Origin: Gekko japonicus
Taxonomy: Eukaryota
Reading direction: 5' to 3'
Assembly: GCF_001447785.1 (NCBI RefSeq)
Contig: NW_015168047.1
Span: 1,772,726 to 1,836,725 of the forward strand
Length of the DNA stretch: 64,000 nucleotides
Part shown: piece after piece, positions 12,422 to 25,035 of the stretch
Position numbering within the stretch: the stretch's first letter is position 1
How the letters are laid out: every line of letters starts with the position of its first letter
Notes under the pieces: generated by a model
Told to the model about the DNA's origin: nothing
What the model saw: only the letters and a program-made list of their open reading frames with translations
Database searches by the model: none
Program-made: the position numbers and the translations under genes

Positions 12422-12701
12422 TACTGATTCTGCAAAAGCAGTTGTTCCACCCTCGGACTGCTGTTTCTCCCAGTTGTACTGCTCGATTCCCCATGTGTGG
12501 CCGCATTTTGACCCGCATCTCCCCCTGATTTCCCCCATGTCTTCTTGATCCTAAAAAATAAGGATCAAAAAGATGTGGGGAAAATCGGGGTGGGGGGATG
12601 CGGTCAAAATGCGGCCATGCAGCAAAAAGTGGGAAATTGAGCAGGAAAACGGGGGGAAACGGCACACTGAGGGCGGAACAATTGCTTTTGCGGAATCAGT
12701 C
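12422..12701. mobile_element. Fully palindromic PIF/Harbinger-like MITE
   Basis: actgattctgcaaaagcagttgttccaccctc pairs with gagggcggaacaattgcttttgcggaatcagt; inner arms ggccgcattttgacc/ggtcaaaatgcggcc; 3-bp flanks gta/ata. Confidence 0.75.
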
Positions 12702-13283
12702 ATACAGTATTATATTTTGTGGGCACCAGGTATCGTAGCTTTTTTAGGAAATCTGAAGGTTTCTTACCAACCTCATGCAAACAGACTTTTAAAAAAGAAT
12801 TTAACTTCATAGGCTAGCTTTTCCATTGTTAACATTTCTCCATTTTATTTTAAAGAATCTGGTAAAGGCTATTGCAGAGAGCAAGGCTGTAATTCTCTGC
12901 ATACATACCAAGAAACAACCCAAGAGAATTCAGTGAGCCTAACTTCCGAGGAAAGGCACAGAGGATTTGACTGCATGGCTCTAGCTGATGCATCTCCCAA
13001 GATTCACATGGCATACAGAAGGCATTTCTTCTCCTCTCCCAGTAACTTAAATAAATTTGTCTGGTCAGCAGCCTGTCTAAAAAGTTAATGCTCTATAAAG
13101 CTCTTATTATAGTGCCTCAATAGTAAGGGCTACACCAGAACTAATGAGACATAAAAAGCCTCATATGATCATCTTTGCACTCATTGTGAGGTTAATTATG
13201 AATTTTGGGTTTCAAGTACTATGGAGCGATGGGCTTCAAATTGTTTTTGAATTACATTTCCATCCTGCCCTTGTCTCCAAGTA

Positions 13284-13386
13284 AGTAGGTTACCATGAGA
13301 TAGCCTGTGCAGTAGGTTACCATGAGATAGCCTGTGCAGTAGGTTACCATGAGATAGCCTGTGCAGTAGGTTATCATGAGATAGCC
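13284..13386. repeat. 27-bp minisatellite, ~3.8 copies
   Basis: agtaggttaccatgagatagcctgtgc at 13284, 13311 and 13338, partial at 13365. Confidence 0.95.
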
Positions 13387-13660
13387 AGCGTAGTATAGGA
13401 ATTAAGAGTGTTAGACTAGGACTGAAGAGATCCAGGTTCCTTTCTCTGTCATGGAGTTCCCCTTCAGCCATTTAGAGAGTAATCCTAAAAAGACCTTCTC
13501 AGGATCCTCCTCAGGTCTATTCTATGGGGCTCACCCTCAGGAAAGCATTCTTTCGACTGTAGTGTTAGTTTTCCTCAGCCCAACCTACCCCACAGGGCTA
13601 CTGTGAAGATAAAACTGAGGAGGGGAGAAACATGGAGGTCCTTGGAAGAAGTATGGGATA
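13378..13660 (+). mobile_element. Squam3A-like SINE (interrupted by a small insert)
   Basis: gagatagccagcgtagt...agagtgttagactagg...gatccaggttc head; ctcagcccaacctaccccacaggg body. Confidence 0.6.
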
Positions 13661-13695
13661 AAATTATGTGACAGATAGATTGTGACTGATCCAAG

Positions 13696-13847
13696 AGCTG
13701 CGGTCACACACACTAAATAATCCACTTTCAATCTACTTTCAATGTACTTTCCAACTGGATTTTTACTGTGTGTACTGGCAAAATCCAATTTGAAAGTGCA
13801 TTGAAAGTGCATTGAAAGTGGATCATTTAGTGTGTGTGACCACAGCC
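13696..13847. mobile_element. ~150-bp palindromic MITE (Harbinger-like) inside a minus-strand SINE
   Basis: gctgcggtcacacacactaaataatccactttcaa pairs with ttgaaagtggatcatttagtgtgtgtgaccacagc; related copy at 24878-25035. Confidence 0.8.
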
Positions 13848-15687
13848 TAGGTCTCCCAAAAGCTTCATGGCTGAGTGGAGACCTGAATCCAGATCTCCTT
13901 AAATCCAGCATTCTGTCCGTCAAAGCAGTCAGCTACCCAGCATGAATAATCTACAATACTCATGATTTGCCTGTTTCTGCTCTTATGATGCTTCTTGTTG
14001 TTTTAATTCATTTTGCTCTGCATTTGAATTTACGCTGCTATTTTATAGGATTTATACTACATTTATGGTGATTACAATACTGACTTCTTTATGGTGCTTT
14101 TGTGTTCTGCTTGTATATTGCATTATTCTTACATTGTGACTTTATTGTTGTTTTTAAAAATTGTAAGCCACCAAGGAGCCTACCAGTTAACAAGCAGGAT
14201 AAACATATTGAGAATTAATTTAAATTAAGAAAACAATCTAGGGTACCTTTAAAAGAAGATCTCAAGAATGTCAACAGGTTTCTGATAACAAAACATAGTT
14301 AATGTTACATGTTTGAAGGGATAAAACCGTTCCAGATATGGAAAAGACTGTCTGTCCCATTGGATGTAGGAGAGATTTCCAGTAACTGATATAATTGTCA
14401 CATTCTATTGTTTTCTACTCTGGTAAGACATACAAAAGACACCCCACACACATATCAATTGTGAAGAACACACCTATGTTTGTCCTTTTAAAATGCACAA
14501 GGACCCGATCCTTTCCTATTCACTGCACCCATTCAGTTTAATGGCAGAAGGCAAGCATGGAAACTTTGTACCTGCCAGTAGATGTAAATCTCACAAAATG
14601 GTATTTTGCCGCCTGCCTGTCCTCAGTGTCAAATAGAACTTGCGTTAATAAAAGAAACCACATAAAACAAGTACCCAGACATTACACAAGGAAAAATAAA
14701 TGTTAGTTTCCAAAGATAGTCTTTTGGTGCAATTGAAGCCTCCTGCGGTTATCTTCCTATCTTATTTTTTAATGTCAGCTATTTAATATTTTTTAAAAAC
14801 ACAACTGGAAAGAGATCTGACACCAAAGTACCGCAGTATGCAGCAATATGAAAGAACAGACAGTTTCATACAAACTATAAGTGACTTGGCAAAATCTTGC
14901 GGCAACCGAACACATCATTCATGGTTGAGGCAAAGAGCATGAGGGGACTTTCACGTTTCACAAATCGTAAAAATTATCAACCCAAAGTGGAAGCTGCCAA
15001 GGCTGACTGGTACAGAAAGACAACAAACATCAGCAAGAATGTTACGCAGATGTTTACCATCATTCTTCCAAGCTACAATCATTACAGCAGCTGAAATACT
15101 CAGATGGGACATGAGGCTTAACCCTTCAGTCCTCGTTGTGAATTCTAAGCATTTAGGCTCAAATTTGCCTGTCAGACTCCGCCTCCTGGAGGTCAAAGTC
15201 CAGGGTGGGTGGGCCCTCCAGCCTCCTCCTTTCTTTAGCACACCCAACAGAGAGCTCAGCAAAGGGAAGGAGTGGGAATGCCAGCCCCCAGGTGGGATCC
15301 CTCAGAATTACAGCTCATCTCCAGACTGCAGAGATCAGTTCCCCCGGAGAAAATGGATGCTTTGGAGGGTAGACTATGACACTGTATCCCACGGAGATCC
15401 CTGTCCTCGTCAGGCTTCATCCTCAAATCTTCAAGAGTTTCCCAACTTGAATCTGGTAACTCTAACCCCCCTACCCCCTATCAGCAGCTGGGAGAGCCGA
15501 GGAATGGGGGGTGGGGTTACAACATCCTTAGCCCCCTCTCCCCAAGCCCTTGATTTACCCTTTGGTTGCTTAACTGGCTGGGCCTGCCCTCCTCAACTCC
15601 CTTGGGGCTGCATCTGGAGATGGGGCTGTCCTAGGCTTTGCCAATGCCTTCCAAACAGCCACTGAGCCCCCCTCCCTAATTGGACCC

Positions 15688-15855
15688 TTGTAGCAGGTAC
15701 TCATTTGCATATTAAGCGACACACCCCTCATGTAGCCAATCCTCTGAGAGCTTGCAGTAGCCCCTGTAAGAAGAGCTCTGTAAGCTCTTGGAGGATTGGC
15801 TACATTGGGGGGGGTGGCCTAATATGCAAAGGAGTTCCTGCTACAAAAAGAGCCC
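15688..15855. mobile_element. Palindromic MITE carrying octamer motifs
   Basis: tgtagcaggtactcatttgcatatta pairs with taatatgcaaaggagttcctgctaca; inner tgtagccaatcct/aggattggctaca. Confidence 0.75.
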
Positions 15856-16228
15856 CCCAACCTCCGGCTACAAAATGACCTCCTGCTGGCTGGTGCTGCT
15901 CCCAGGAAGTCACCATCCTCTGCCTCTGCCTGTCTCCAGGCTGCTCCTGTCGCTCCTGCCCCTGGCCTTTTGCACCTCCTTGGCCTGTTATGGCTGTGTT
16001 GACCTAGCCAACTGTCTTTGGGTGTGCTGCCAAGGCTGCTCTTGGCAGGTTAGTCTTCCTTCCCTTCCCCGGCTTCTCCTGATGCTTTGTTGTGATCGCA
16101 GCCCTCCAATGCTGTTCTGCCAGGCCACGTGGATGCTATGGGGGGGTGGACTCTATGGCACTGTATCCCACTGTATCCCCGTCCTCTCCAGGCTTCATCC
16201 TCAGATCTCCAAGAGTCTCCTGCCCCAC

Positions 16229-16431
16229 TAGGGTTGCCAGTTCTGGGTTGGGACATACCTGGAGATTCTGGGGGTGGAGCCTGGGGAGGGGAGAGACTTC
16301 AGTGGGGTATAATGCCAAATAGCCCACCTTTCAAAGCAGCCGTTTTCTCCAGGTGATCTGATCTCCTTTACTTGGAAACCAGTTGAAATTATGGGAGACG
16401 TCCAGCCATTCCCTGGAGGCTGGCAAACCTG
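16229..16431. mobile_element. hAT MITE, TAGGGTTGCC family
   Basis: tagggttgcc...ggctggcaaacctg; body similar to the 31071 copy. Confidence 0.75.
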
Positions 16432-16931
16432 TGCTTCGCCGACATGGCTGGCCCTGGTCCTGGAGCTAATGGTGGTGGTAGGGTGTTCCTCCAGCCCTGA
16501 CACTGCTGCAGCCTCCTGGACAGCCTCCAAATTGACAGGTAAGGGCAGAACCCAATATTCCATCTATTATGTACTGCCGTTTTACAAGGCTAACCCAGAA
16601 GGCCTCATTGTAAAGCAGGAAAGACATATTTCAATTCTCTGCTAGTAAGCTGTAGGACTGCTGGGCCTGTACAAACTGGGCCTAATGGACAAGAAACAGC
16701 TTTAGCTAAATATTGTTTCGTTTCTTTCTTTTCATGCCAAGCCATCTGCCCTGAAGTTCAGTGTTAAATAGTAAACCATCGAGTTAAAGTAAACTGGGTG
16801 TTTGCTGGTTGTTCCACTATACAATACCATCCCAAGCACCTCTTGGTTTGCTCCAAGATGGCAGGGTGGCCTTCGTTATCAACCTCAGGTCCCTGAGCAA
16901 GCAGAGCCTGAAAGTTCTGACATGTAGTGGG

Positions 16932-17138
16932 CAGTGTTCCCTCTAAGCTGAGTCAGTGTGAGCCAGCTCACAGTTTCTTAGCCTCTGGCTCACACATTTT
17001 TGTCTTAGCTCAGGAAAGGATGGCTCAAGAGCACACTAATTTATACAGTAGCCAAATTGCTCGCTCACAACTTTAATGCCAGTAGCTCACAAAGTAGAAT
17101 TTTTGCTCACAAGACTCCACAGCTTAGAGGGAACATTG
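16932..17138 (+). mobile_element. hAT MITE, CAGTGTTCCCTCTAAGCTG family (~205 bp), copy 1
   Basis: 19-bp TIRs; perfect 8-bp TSD gtagtggg. Confidence 0.92.
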
Positions 17139-18296
17139 GTAGTGGGTATAATATATCATACAGCTATCTGCTATTTTCACAGCCACAGTCTTGATACCTT
17201 CCTTTTATCTCGTTGACTTGACTATCTACATTTATGATCACATTTGTCTTGCCCTGACTATTTTATTACACATCAGATTTTACTGCGGTTCGGCAAACTG
17301 AAAACCCACATTAAAAAGTGACTTCTCTGTTTTACGTCACCGGAGCTGAGGACAATAAACCTAAGAAATGTCCTGCATTTTAGAATCCCAAACACAGGGT
17401 TAAAGGTAGCCCAATAGTCACTGGATTCAGACTTTTTGTACTCAGTCATATCAGGCAGATTACATGCATTGCCTAGACGTCTAAACTAAAAATAGGAGCC
17501 AGCAAGCAGCATGTGCTAGGGGTTTTATAAAATACAGAAATGAGTAAAAAGAGATATACCAGGGCAGGAGATCCACTAGAACAACTTTCTGAAAGTGCTT
17601 TACCAATACAGGATTCATGGCATGAAGCACCGCACTCAACCTATGTGAATTCATTGGAATATATTAATCAAGTGTACACACATAGGTCTTTCTCCAAGCA
17701 TCTGGGGAGTCTGAAAACAGCAGGGCTCCCACTTGCATGGAGGGAACATTCTGAGCATACATGTTATGCATTTGTTATAACGGGTGGGGGTCCAGCAATG
17801 TCATGGGGTGGGTGGGGCTTGGTGATGTCACAATGGGCAGCTGTATTCATACTAGTACTTCCACACATAACTAGGTAAGCACCACAAGGCACGTATGTAC
17901 AGTCACAATCATGCGGCTTTGGAAAGATGGACTATTTACTGGACTAAAATAAAAAGAGGCATGGAAATTAACTATGGTCTGAATGTAAAATGTGGTTGAG
18001 CTTTCAGTAACAATTACTACTCTCCTTTCCAATTTACAGGTACAGCAGTTATCACTAACTGTGGGAGTCTAAAAGGAAGTCATATAACCGCAGTGTGGCA
18101 CACCATCGGTTGCCCAGGGAAAAGTGATTAGCTTATTATCATATTATAAGTCATGTATTGCTTTGATTAGTATACCTATAGTCTTCTCACGAGGGATGCT
18201 GCTGGGCATAAGACTGGGTTAAGATTCAGAACTTTGTTGGGAAAACTAGGGGTGGGGGGAGACAGTAATGAATGTCCTACAGGGCAATCCTATGAA

Positions 18297-18478
18297 GAAT
18301 AGAAAAGAGCAAGAGTCCAATAGCACCTTAAAGACTAACAAAATATGTGGCAGGGTATGAGCTTTTGTGAGTCACTCCTCACTTCTTCAGATACAGCTAG
18401 ACAGTCCATCTGTCCTATTTATTGGAAAGTGGGAGTGATTTCAGATGCCTAATGACATTAGCAGGCAAATGACAATTT
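18297..18478 (-). mobile_element. Penelope-like element terminal fragment
   Basis: agagcaagagtccaatagcaccttaaagactaacaaaat..gcagggtatgagcttttgtgagtcac resembles the squamate Penelope pLTR end; contains the hammerhead motif. Confidence 0.7.
18355..18394 (-). ncRNA. Degenerate minimal type-I hammerhead ribozyme motif
   Basis: Minus strand GUAU-CUGAAGA-A-GUGAG-gaguga-CUCAC-AAAA-GC-UC-AUAC: stems I and II pair, but GAAA is changed to AAAA. Confidence 0.65.
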
Positions 18479-19524
18479 CAGTGGACTTAAAACTGGAGTA
18501 ACTCTGCATAGGAATGTACTCTTAATCATTAAATGAAAGATTCCTAAGTTTGCATCTGCTTGCAAATCACTTCCTTCAATCTAGAAGTTATCACCTAATA
18601 ACCAGATAGACAGATGTATATGTTTATTGTGTAGTGAGGGGAAAGCACTCTGGACATGTGCAGAGTGTTTGCAGTCTTGGCATCCAGAGAATTCATTATT
18701 TATGGCACAGCTTTAGTTCAGTCCTCCCAAAGGCCTGATTTTCTGCAGTGAGAAGTGGCAGAGTGTAGGACTTCTTGGATATTACTGCCCCATTCAGCAA
18801 TTTGACTTTCTGCAGTAAATCTGTCTGAGTATTAGTCTTTTCAGTCCTTTTGCCCTAATCCCAGATTTTGGGGTGGGGATGGACCATGATTTCCATTGTG
18901 CTTTGGAACGCTTTACAAAGTGGCTTCTTATTGATTAGCGTCAAGGGATGCTCGGGTAAGATAGTTAAACAAATTTGTATGGTTTAAACTACATCTTCAG
19001 AACTTCAAGTAGTTTCATTACAAGAGTTATCTTTGAGAGGAATAAAAAATTAATGGAGCTGTTGATTAGAGGCAGAAGTAACAATTATTTATTAACAGGA
19101 AAGTAAGCCCAGTCACAGTATTTTCACTCCATCACTATTAAGAATGGGTCGATATATTTAGATTTACCCGCTGTCATTTATAATTCAGCACATTAGCAAA
19201 TAAGTCATTTTTTCTGCTGCTTTATTACGAGTAGCTCACTCAACATAAAGTTAATTAAACGTATGGTGCAATGGTACATCTTTGCCAGGGATACGGTTGG
19301 GAGCAACTTCATAGCTTTGCCCTTGGATCTTTCCGGAGACTTGGGAAAGGAAGATGTGGATTCTTCGTTGGCTGAGGGAGTTTTTCTTTCTGCTTTTCTG
19401 CTGTCAGGTGAAGACATGTCTCTCTCTTACAGACTGCCAGTCAATGTCTATGACCTTGTTCACATGCACTTTGGTTCTGGGTACTTCTGTCCACAGGAGG
19501 GAAGGCAGCCCATTCTTGTCAGAT

Positions 19525-19675
19525 CTCAGCAGCTAAGAAGGGCTGGTACTTGGATGAGAGTCCACCAAGGAAGACTCTGCAGAGGAAGATAATGGCAAAC
19601 CACCTCTGCTTCTCACTTGCCTTGAAAGCCCCTTGCTGGGGTTGCCATACACTGGTTGTGATATGATGGCATTTA
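19525..19675 (+). mobile_element. 5S-headed SINE (partial)
   Basis: agctaagaagggctggtacttggatgagag (boxes A and C), ggcaaaccacctctg body, gttgccata tail. Confidence 0.7.
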
Positions 19676-20445
19676 CAAAAGTACATATTTCTGTCCACAT
19701 GGCTGATTCTGGCCTGGCTACCTGTGAAATCACTTAGAAAGCAGGCCATGTTGGGTGCTAGAAGAAAAGCCTGCACGCAATTCACCCAAAGTACATGCAC
19801 AGCCACTGCAATGGCAGCAGAATCCAGCTATGCCCCACCTGATGAGAAGATCGCATTGTTCCACAAGATCACGTACTAAGGGACATCTGGGATCAAGCCA
19901 GCAAGAAGAGCAAACAGCGGGATCCGTGTGTGAAAGAAATGAACCAGCCTTTTGAATACGGCTGCTTCTCTCCTTGATGCCGGCAACCAAAGCTAAGAGG
20001 CAGTCACTGAAATGACTGCACAGCAGTGGTAGTTTTTTAATATGTGAAATGTTAGTTTTACCCCTAGCTGTGTTGCTTTCGATTGATATAAAACCAATAA
20101 AAAGTGTTCCTTTTGTTTAAAGGAAAGGAATCTTCCAACAAACATATTGCTTGCCTGAGGCACTGAAGTAAAATTTTAAATGAAAAGTTAATTTTTAAGT
20201 CCCGGGTGATTAGCTTTATCAAATCTGTAATAGATAGGATCATTTTGGTCTGTTAGCTGATATTAGTGTTCAACAGTCACGGAAAAAATAGTGAATTGTT
20301 AATATTCAACCTCCTGGTGGGAACTTGTGTATTGTACTTCTTTTCTTCGGCTTGTGACACTCCTATCAATACCTCTCAGAAATGACTCCCACTGATTTTG
20401 AAGGGTTCTGGTTCTTGAAAGAGCACGGACGTGATTTCAGTCTAA

Positions 20446-20768
20446 GACTGATTCTGCATTAGCTTTTCCCTCCATTGTCTTATGAAACCCATGCTGGAAC
20501 AGAAATCCCCCTCTGCATTGCATGCTGCTGTCACTTCCTTTGGTCATCGGATTTTATGGTAGCCTCCACACTCCATGCTGCTTTCACTTTGTTTGATCAT
20601 TGGATTTTATTGTACCTTCAGCATAGATTTATGGCCATTTCACGGCCCTTCAGGGGTGACTTTGTAGTCAGTACAGTGTTGGCCTGGGGTATTTGGATGT
20701 GGTTTTGAGCTGCATTTTTTCCACCCAGTTGAGAAAATGTGGAGCAAATGCTAGATACAGAATCACCC
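20446..20768. mobile_element. PIF/Harbinger-like MITE (~325 bp)
   Basis: TIRs gactgattctgca/tacagaatcacc; closely similar along its length to 60026-60352. Confidence 0.8.
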
Positions 20769-21686
20769 AAGAGTACAAGGTTATATTTTTCCCTCTAGAA
20801 ATGTGAGGGGACCCCCAGAAATGATAACCTTTATTTGGATTCAGCCACTGAGAGGAAGTTTTCAATTTACTAAAGAGAATTATTAGGTCTCTCATTGTTT
20901 GCATGTTCTGTAAGGCTTGCATGTTCTGTATACTTAATATAGTTTCATTTAGTGCTTCCCACTAAGGAATTATTGAAAATGTATTCTACTGAATGGCACA
21001 GAGTCTATCACCCCCTAGAGATGCTTGGCAGATCTGCTCCTTCCATGAATGGGAGATTGGCACAGAGACCAGCACAGTGCCATTTTGCTGCTAAACATGC
21101 AAGACAGAGAGAGAAGTGGAGTGTGACTCCTTCAAGGGCCTGCCTCACCAACAGGCCTTAGAGAAGCATGCAGGAGTTGCATTCCACTCCCTTCTCCAGG
21201 AGGGGCATGTATGCATGCACACGCACACACAGTCACAAGAGGCTGGCACACTTGGGGCAAAGGGATCACTGTAGAGCATGTCCCAGTTCTCCACTGTGGC
21301 ATGTAGTACCTTTTATCAGCTTCAGCTAATACACCAGCTACAGCTATTCCTCAAAAAGTGTGATCTGGCCATGATGAGCCATGCTCTGATAATATCCAGG
21401 TTGCTATAGAGCATATTGCCAAGTTTCCCAAAACCCAGAACCATCCCTGCCTTCTTAAAAGACCAAGAATACCCAGCAAAGAGCTCTCAGAACCACTGAA
21501 AAACAGCAACTCCTAGGCAGGGCTATAGCAAGCATTCCATACAGGATAGGACTGCCACATTTCCAGATGAAGCTTTAAACAAATGAATGCTTTCCTAATA
21601 ACGAACCGCAATATCTGTAATCCTGTTGCAAAATCCAAAGGCCTGTGTGTATTCTCGTGCACAGAGATCATTTCTATTTAGTATAA

Positions 21687-22013
21687 GACGCTGAAGTGCA
21701 GACCAGAAGGTTGGTAGTTCAGCAGTTCGAGATCCAAGTGCCTCATGACAGAGTGAGCTCCCGTCTCTGGTCCCAGCTCCTGCCAACCTAGCAGTTCAAA
21801 AGCAAGAAATTGCAAGTAGATAAATAGGTACCACTTCGGTAGGAAGGTAACAGTGTTACATGCGCCTCGGCATCTAGTCATGCCGGCCATATGACCATGG
21901 AAATGTCTTCAGACAGTGCTGACTCTTTGTCTTGGAAACGGAGATGAGCACCGCACCCTAGAGTCTGATTCGACTGGCTTGCGAGCAAGGGAATCTTTAC
22001 TTTTTACCTTTTA
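21687..22013 (+). mobile_element. Sauria SINE (Squam1)
   Basis: gtgagctcccgtc..cccagctcctgccaacctagcagttc..agtagataaataggtaccac; ggagatgagcaccgc; degenerate (ACCTTT)n tail. Confidence 0.85.
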
Positions 22014-24877
22014 CACCACCTTTCTACCTAAAGCTGCTCAACGGGGTTGGAGAAACTGAACGATCCTTCCAGTTTCAAGTACGCAATGCAAGAAGATCAG
22101 AAGTGGTCACTGGTGGGTAGCAAGGGGCAATTCCCAGTTCATTGATGGGAAGGAAGAAGCAATAGCTCCCAACTATGAGTTGCAGCTAAGGATAGGCGGT
22201 GGCTTACCCTACAACTGGGCAAACTACAACTTATACGAATACACTCAAAAACAACAAATCCCACAACCAGGACTGAATGGGATTATACCATGCAATTTCC
22301 ATACATTTTGCTGCAGATTTATTTAAAAGATTTCTGTCCTGCCTTGCAACCCAATTAGGGCCCTTGAGGCAATGAACACTTAAAAATATTAAAACCAACT
22401 TTATATCTAAACAAAGTTTAAAACAAACATTAAAAGGGCAAATAATGCAGAAGGTCAAAAAGGGAATGCCAGACAAAACATTTAAAAGGTATTCACACAC
22501 TGGTAGCAGAAAATGACAGAGGGAGCTGTGCTTTATAGACTTGGACCCAAATACTATAAAATGGCTGCCATGTTTGTTATTGCGCAGGCAAAAAGGCGCA
22601 TCATATTCTGTCTAAATCACAAAACGATGCCATTTGAAACTGTTAAAATACAGCAACCATTTCGCTTCAAGGTTTGCAAGGCATCTGAGGAGCAGTCACA
22701 TCCCCAACTCTCAATTTCAAAAAGGTAATTTAAAAATAAAATGCTGTTGAAGCCTGGGACAGAAAGGAAAGGTAGGGCAAGAGACTGGACAAGGTCAGGA
22801 AATCTGTGCGCATTCCCATGGGGGTGGGGAGTGTTCCAGGCACAAGGGTGCTTTTTAAATAAGGTACGGAAATGTCTGAGGATAGCATTCCAGCCTTAGA
22901 ACCTTAGAACCTTAGAACAAATGCTGCTGGAAACCATGATTAGGATGGGTAACTATGCCAGGGAAATCCTCCAAAAATGAACCTATTCCTCCGGCATGGT
23001 GAAATTGACACAAACTATAGAAGATCCTTGCTTCATCCAAGCAGTTTTCTATGTGGTTAGGCACTCATAAAGTTCCCACATCTTTGGCAGCAGTCATGCC
23101 ACTGCAGAGACTTCTGAAATATCTCTCTGTGTGTCCTCCTTCCTCTGTTATACAGTTTGTGAAATGGAAAATCCTTTGCTAAAGTCCAGAGCATCCGTCA
23201 GAACCTTGTTTTCAAAGCTGTGAGCCTTCTCTTGTGCAACTAAACTGTTTTCTGAAACTGGGCTGAAATGTACTGGACTAAGAGGAGCATCCACAGTGAT
23301 TCTTTACCTATTTGTATTTTTTATATGAACAGGGTTACTGAGAACCACTGCTGGCCTTAGGGCAAAGATACCTTCTGACCCCCAACGTCACACCACCAAG
23401 ACCCAATCCCAACCACATGATTTGTTTGGCTAAATGGACCAGAAACACTCAAGTTCAACGTCCTTCTAAAGCACAAAATTGACTAGGTAATGCTGGGCCA
23501 GTCACTTGCCTTCAGACTAATTTACCCCACAGAGCTGTTGTGAGGTTGGATCAAATGGGGGTAATTCCCATGCATGCCATCCTCAGCTTCTTGGAGCTAG
23601 GGTAGTGTAGTGGAAATAGTGCAAGACTAGGAGTCTAGCCAGACATAACATTTTGTCATAAGTAACTCTGCCATAACCATTTGCTTGTGGAAGAACAACA
23701 GAGAATTCCCAGTCTCCCACTTGGCTTTCAAAGAGCTCCAAAAAGCCCAGCCACCAAAGACATCCAGCTCCTGCTCCATCCATGTGTTTGGACCTGAGAC
23801 TGCAAAGCAGAAAACAGATACCAGGAAGCAACAAGAAACGGCTCAGCTGGGAAGGGATGCAACCAAGCCTATAACCCCATACTGAGGGTCTTACAGAAGT
23901 CTAACATTAAGTGTATATGTAGAGATTGACATGTTCAGTTGGGACCACCTAAGAACTGAAGAAACCGGGGTTCAAACCCCTACCCAGTCATGAATGTCAG
24001 TGGGTGACCTTGCACCAGTCACTTTCTACCATATCAATGATTTTACAAGGTTGTTGTAAGGATGAACTGCAGGAGAGGAGAACCGTTACACCACTCAAAG
24101 ATCCTTGAAGTAAAGGCAGAGTGAAAATGTAAGGAAGCCTAACAGCACAGTATTGGTTCTAGGATGACCTACACTTGTTAAACATGACGTGGCTTTTTCA
24201 AGGGAGGACAGAACACCAGAAAGCACGACAGTTATCTGTCTTTAATGACAGTGAATGAAGAAAGTGCTCAGTGGAATGGGAGGAAGGGGCAGGATCCACC
24301 CTGGTATCATCCATCTAGGTCTCCTGGGCTAAGATACGCCTCTCCATTTGCCAGTAACAAATAGAGACGTGCATTACATAATGAACAAGGCATGAAGTAG
24401 TCAGTTTGGACAAAGCTATTGAACAGAACAGTGAGTCCATTCATCCATCCAGGTGAGTAAAAAAAAAAAATCAGCACAGAGGAATTCGATCCTTCCTCCC
24501 CAGCCACACAATAGCCAGGAGCTTTCACGGAGAAATACAGGCTTTCCTCGCAGTACAAGAAGCTAATTTATTCTTAGAGGGTGCTCTTAAAATAGAAGGC
24601 TTCACATCGGATCTCACACAATGCACTTATGTCTTAGATCCAACAAGCATTCAGTGTGATCAGACACACAGGGTTCTTTCGGGTATCGCATTTAACCTGC
24701 AGCAAAAAAAAGTTAATCCTCAGCAATTTTGGTGGCACTGTATATTTCTGTATGGAAGCTATTCATGCCTTCATATTAATGCTTACAAGATTAATATGCA
24801 AGAACGGGAAATAGAAAAATGCATGCTGGCTCCACACCTGCTCAAGAGTGCTATCCCCATCCCCTTGTACACGAATG

Positions 24878-25035
24878 GCACTTTCACGCATGCTGAGTAC
24901 TGCACTTTCAATCCACTTTCAATGCACTTTGCAACTGGATTTTACTGTATGAAATGGCAAAGTCCACTTGCAAACTATCACTAAAGCATACTGAAAGTGC
25001 ACTGAAAGTGTGTTATTCAGGTTTGCTCAAGAGCA
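24878..25035. mobile_element. Palindromic MITE, same family as 13696-13847
   Basis: cactttcaatccactttcaatgcactttgcaactggattttactgt core with mirrored gaaagtgcac arm. Confidence 0.7.

Noticed and set aside
13284-13386. CRISPR-like array
   Set aside because: Head-to-tail tandem repeat with no spacers, in a eukaryotic context.
15039-15665. 208-aa plus-strand ORF
   Set aside because: Runs through degenerate TAGGGTTGCC-family MITE sequence; no domain recognised.
19205-19417. Protein-like ORF MSSPDSRKAERK...
   Set aside because: No recognisable homology and no convincing splice sites; cannot support it as an exon without RNA or conservation data.
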